IMG/VR virus record: IMGVR_UViG_3300030330_004093
Location: 39,014 to 103,013 of that record
Origin: a virus
Lineage: Duplodnaviria > Caudoviricetes
DNA: 64,000 nt
Direction: 5' to 3' (one strand)
This document shows positions 62,201-64,000 of the stretch, piece after piece. Each line of letters starts with the position of its first letter. Position 1 is the stretch's first letter. The notes beneath the pieces were generated by a model. It was not told where the DNA came from. It was given only the letters and a program-made list of their open reading frames with translations, and searched no databases. The position numbers and the translations under genes were made by a program.

Positions 62201-63937
62201 TTGGATATTTTATATGGAAATCCTATCTAACTGTTGAATTAGGTAAAAGATATAAACCAACAGTTGAGCAACTAGATGACTTATATTGTGTCTTTGTTTC
62301 TGGAGTATTATGTAATCTTGGTAGTGGAAAGAAACCTGAATATATGGAAGGCATTGGACCTACAAAAGAAGAAAGGTACGCAATCGAAGGTTATCAAAAG
62401 TTAAGAGACAATTTAATTTATATGGGTGGTATAGAATATCCATATGAAGAATGGATAGAACAAAATTCAGAATCTGAAGAATGGGTGGACCTAGCATTAA
62501 AGGCATCGAAACTAGATAGAGAATTCGATAAAAACCCAGAAGTGTGGTGTATAGAACTAAGAAATAATTGTAAATCAAGAAGATGAGAAGATATAAAATC
62601 ATAAAAGAAAAAAGACCATCAGAAAAATTTATCAGATGGGTTCCTATGGTGGCTAATACGATAACAAAAAATTACAAGATACCTGGTGTTATAGTGGATG
62701 ATTCAACATTATGGGATTGGAAATTATTACCCTATGGGGTAGAATTAAATGATATAGGTTATTGTAAAACCTTACCAGACGCCAAAAGACTTATTGATGC
62801 GTATGAACTTTTGAAGAAAGAACAAAACGGTGATTTTATTATTGATGAAATTGAATATAAACCAAAACAAAAATGAGTAAAGAAAAATTTTATTTAAAGT
62901 GGGGATATAATGAACCGAGACACCCAAAAGAAACTCATGGAGAATTTACATGGAAAACTGGTATTGGAACAGATTTACACAAAGGATACTTTCTAATGTT
63001 TGATGAAGATACAACATTAAACCAATGGAGAGCAAAAGAAATTGAAAGATGGGAAAACTTAATGAAAGAGTTCAAACAAGATAATAAGGTCCAATCATTA
63101 GCTGCTGTAATTAGACCAAGTGAAGAAAAGATAAAAAAGATTGAGTCAGATAATAACTTTATTAAATGGATTTAAACCAAAACAAAGATGAGTAAAGAAG
63201 AAAAATTAAATGTTGGGGATAAGGTTAGTTTTGTATCTAAAAATAAAAGAAGTGGATTTCCATATAGGGATAAATCTATTGTGTATATAGTTGAAGAAAT
63301 TGAAAAATGCGGTACCTTAACACTTAGACAAGATTACTCAGATAAAAGAAAAAAAGGATTTAACACTACAGAACCTGGCGTAATTATACCATCAAAGTTT
63401 TTGGATAAATTTGAAATAATTAAACCAAAAGAAGATGAGTAAGTCAACAATAAATAAATTCAAAGAAGAATTAATACAACTTATGGAGAAACATAATGTG
63501 GAACTTAACATTAATGCTAAAGAAGACCACGGTAGCCATAGTGTAGTATTCGAAGCTACTCAACTTGGAGATTTAAACAACTCACTTATTCCCATTATTG
63601 ATAATACGTCATTGGTACCTAGAAATCATCAGTGGTCAGAAGTAACTGCAGAATTAATTAAGAGTACAATATAATTTGCATATATAAAAAACATTTACTA
63701 TATTTACATTATTAAAAATAAAACAAAAAGAAGATGAGTAAAGAAGAAGATAAGGAATTAGTCAGTAGGTTACTAAAAGCATCTAACGAAATTCACAAGA
63801 AAAGATTAGGTCAAGCAAATTATATACATCTACAAGCAAAATTCATACAACAACGAGCAGACGAAGAAGGAGTTACATTTGATGAAATGGTAAAGATAAT
63901 TGAAGAAGAACTTAAAACAAAACAAAGATGAGTAAAT
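59241..63937 (+). repeat. recurrent gene-junction motif AAA(C)CAAAA(C/G)AA(A)GATGAGTAAA preceding small MSK-starting hypothetical genes
   Basis: ATG positions 59254, 60316, 61974, 62140, 62873, 63188, 63435, 63734, 63928; weaker copies at 56377, 56585, 56740, 60551, 62583. Confidence 0.8.
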
Positions 63938-64000
63938 TAATAGCGGATTATAAATTTAATATCGGTGATAAAGTTAAGATAGATACATCTTTAATGAATA

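Noticed and set aside
487-62602. Numerous antisense or alternate-frame ORFs in the track (e.g. 487..786, 9297..9581, 26043..26444, 52403..52918)
   Set aside because: They lie inside well-supported genes, with Ser/Leu/Phe-rich shadow composition and no motifs
1-64000. Stop-codon reassignment as in some large phages
   Set aside because: Standard code gives dense, full-length genes ending in TAA, TAG and TGA, and no suppressor tRNA was seen

Overview
AT-rich, densely coded, mostly + strand 64-kb segment that reads as part of a very large (jumbo/huge) tailed-phage genome. The host is most likely Bacteroidota. Evidence for this is TAnnTTTG promoters, no Shine-Dalgarno sequences, a Bacteroidota-type sigma70, DUF3127, an Hc1-like protein, a T9SS-sorted protein and a glnK-amtB-porin cassette. 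No capsid, terminase or polymerase genes are in the window. It carries a broad translation-rescue and RNA-repair kit: tmRNA, SmpB, ClpP, bS21, CCA enzyme, Rnl1-like ligase, kinase-2H phosphodiesterase, RNA-repair HAD, a TROVE/Ro60-like vWA protein, 11 tRNAs and one aberrant tRNA. The top finding is that both tRNA clusters are preceded by homologous leader-peptide/terminator elements whose codons match the anticodons of the downstream tRNAs. These look like ribosome-stalling attenuators that would switch on phage tRNA genes when those tRNAs are depleted. Other notable items are a shared (I/L)(K/R)xx(L/V)RE N-terminal tag on about 10 unrelated proteins including RNA-repair enzymes (candidate capsid-targeting/cleavage signal), two covarying UACAGCA hairpin RNAs, a 6S-like rod RNA, a mosaic array of nine MORN-like minigenes, and a conserved cassette junction preceding many MSK-starting genes. 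All annotations come from manual motif recognition; no database searches or folding programs were run.
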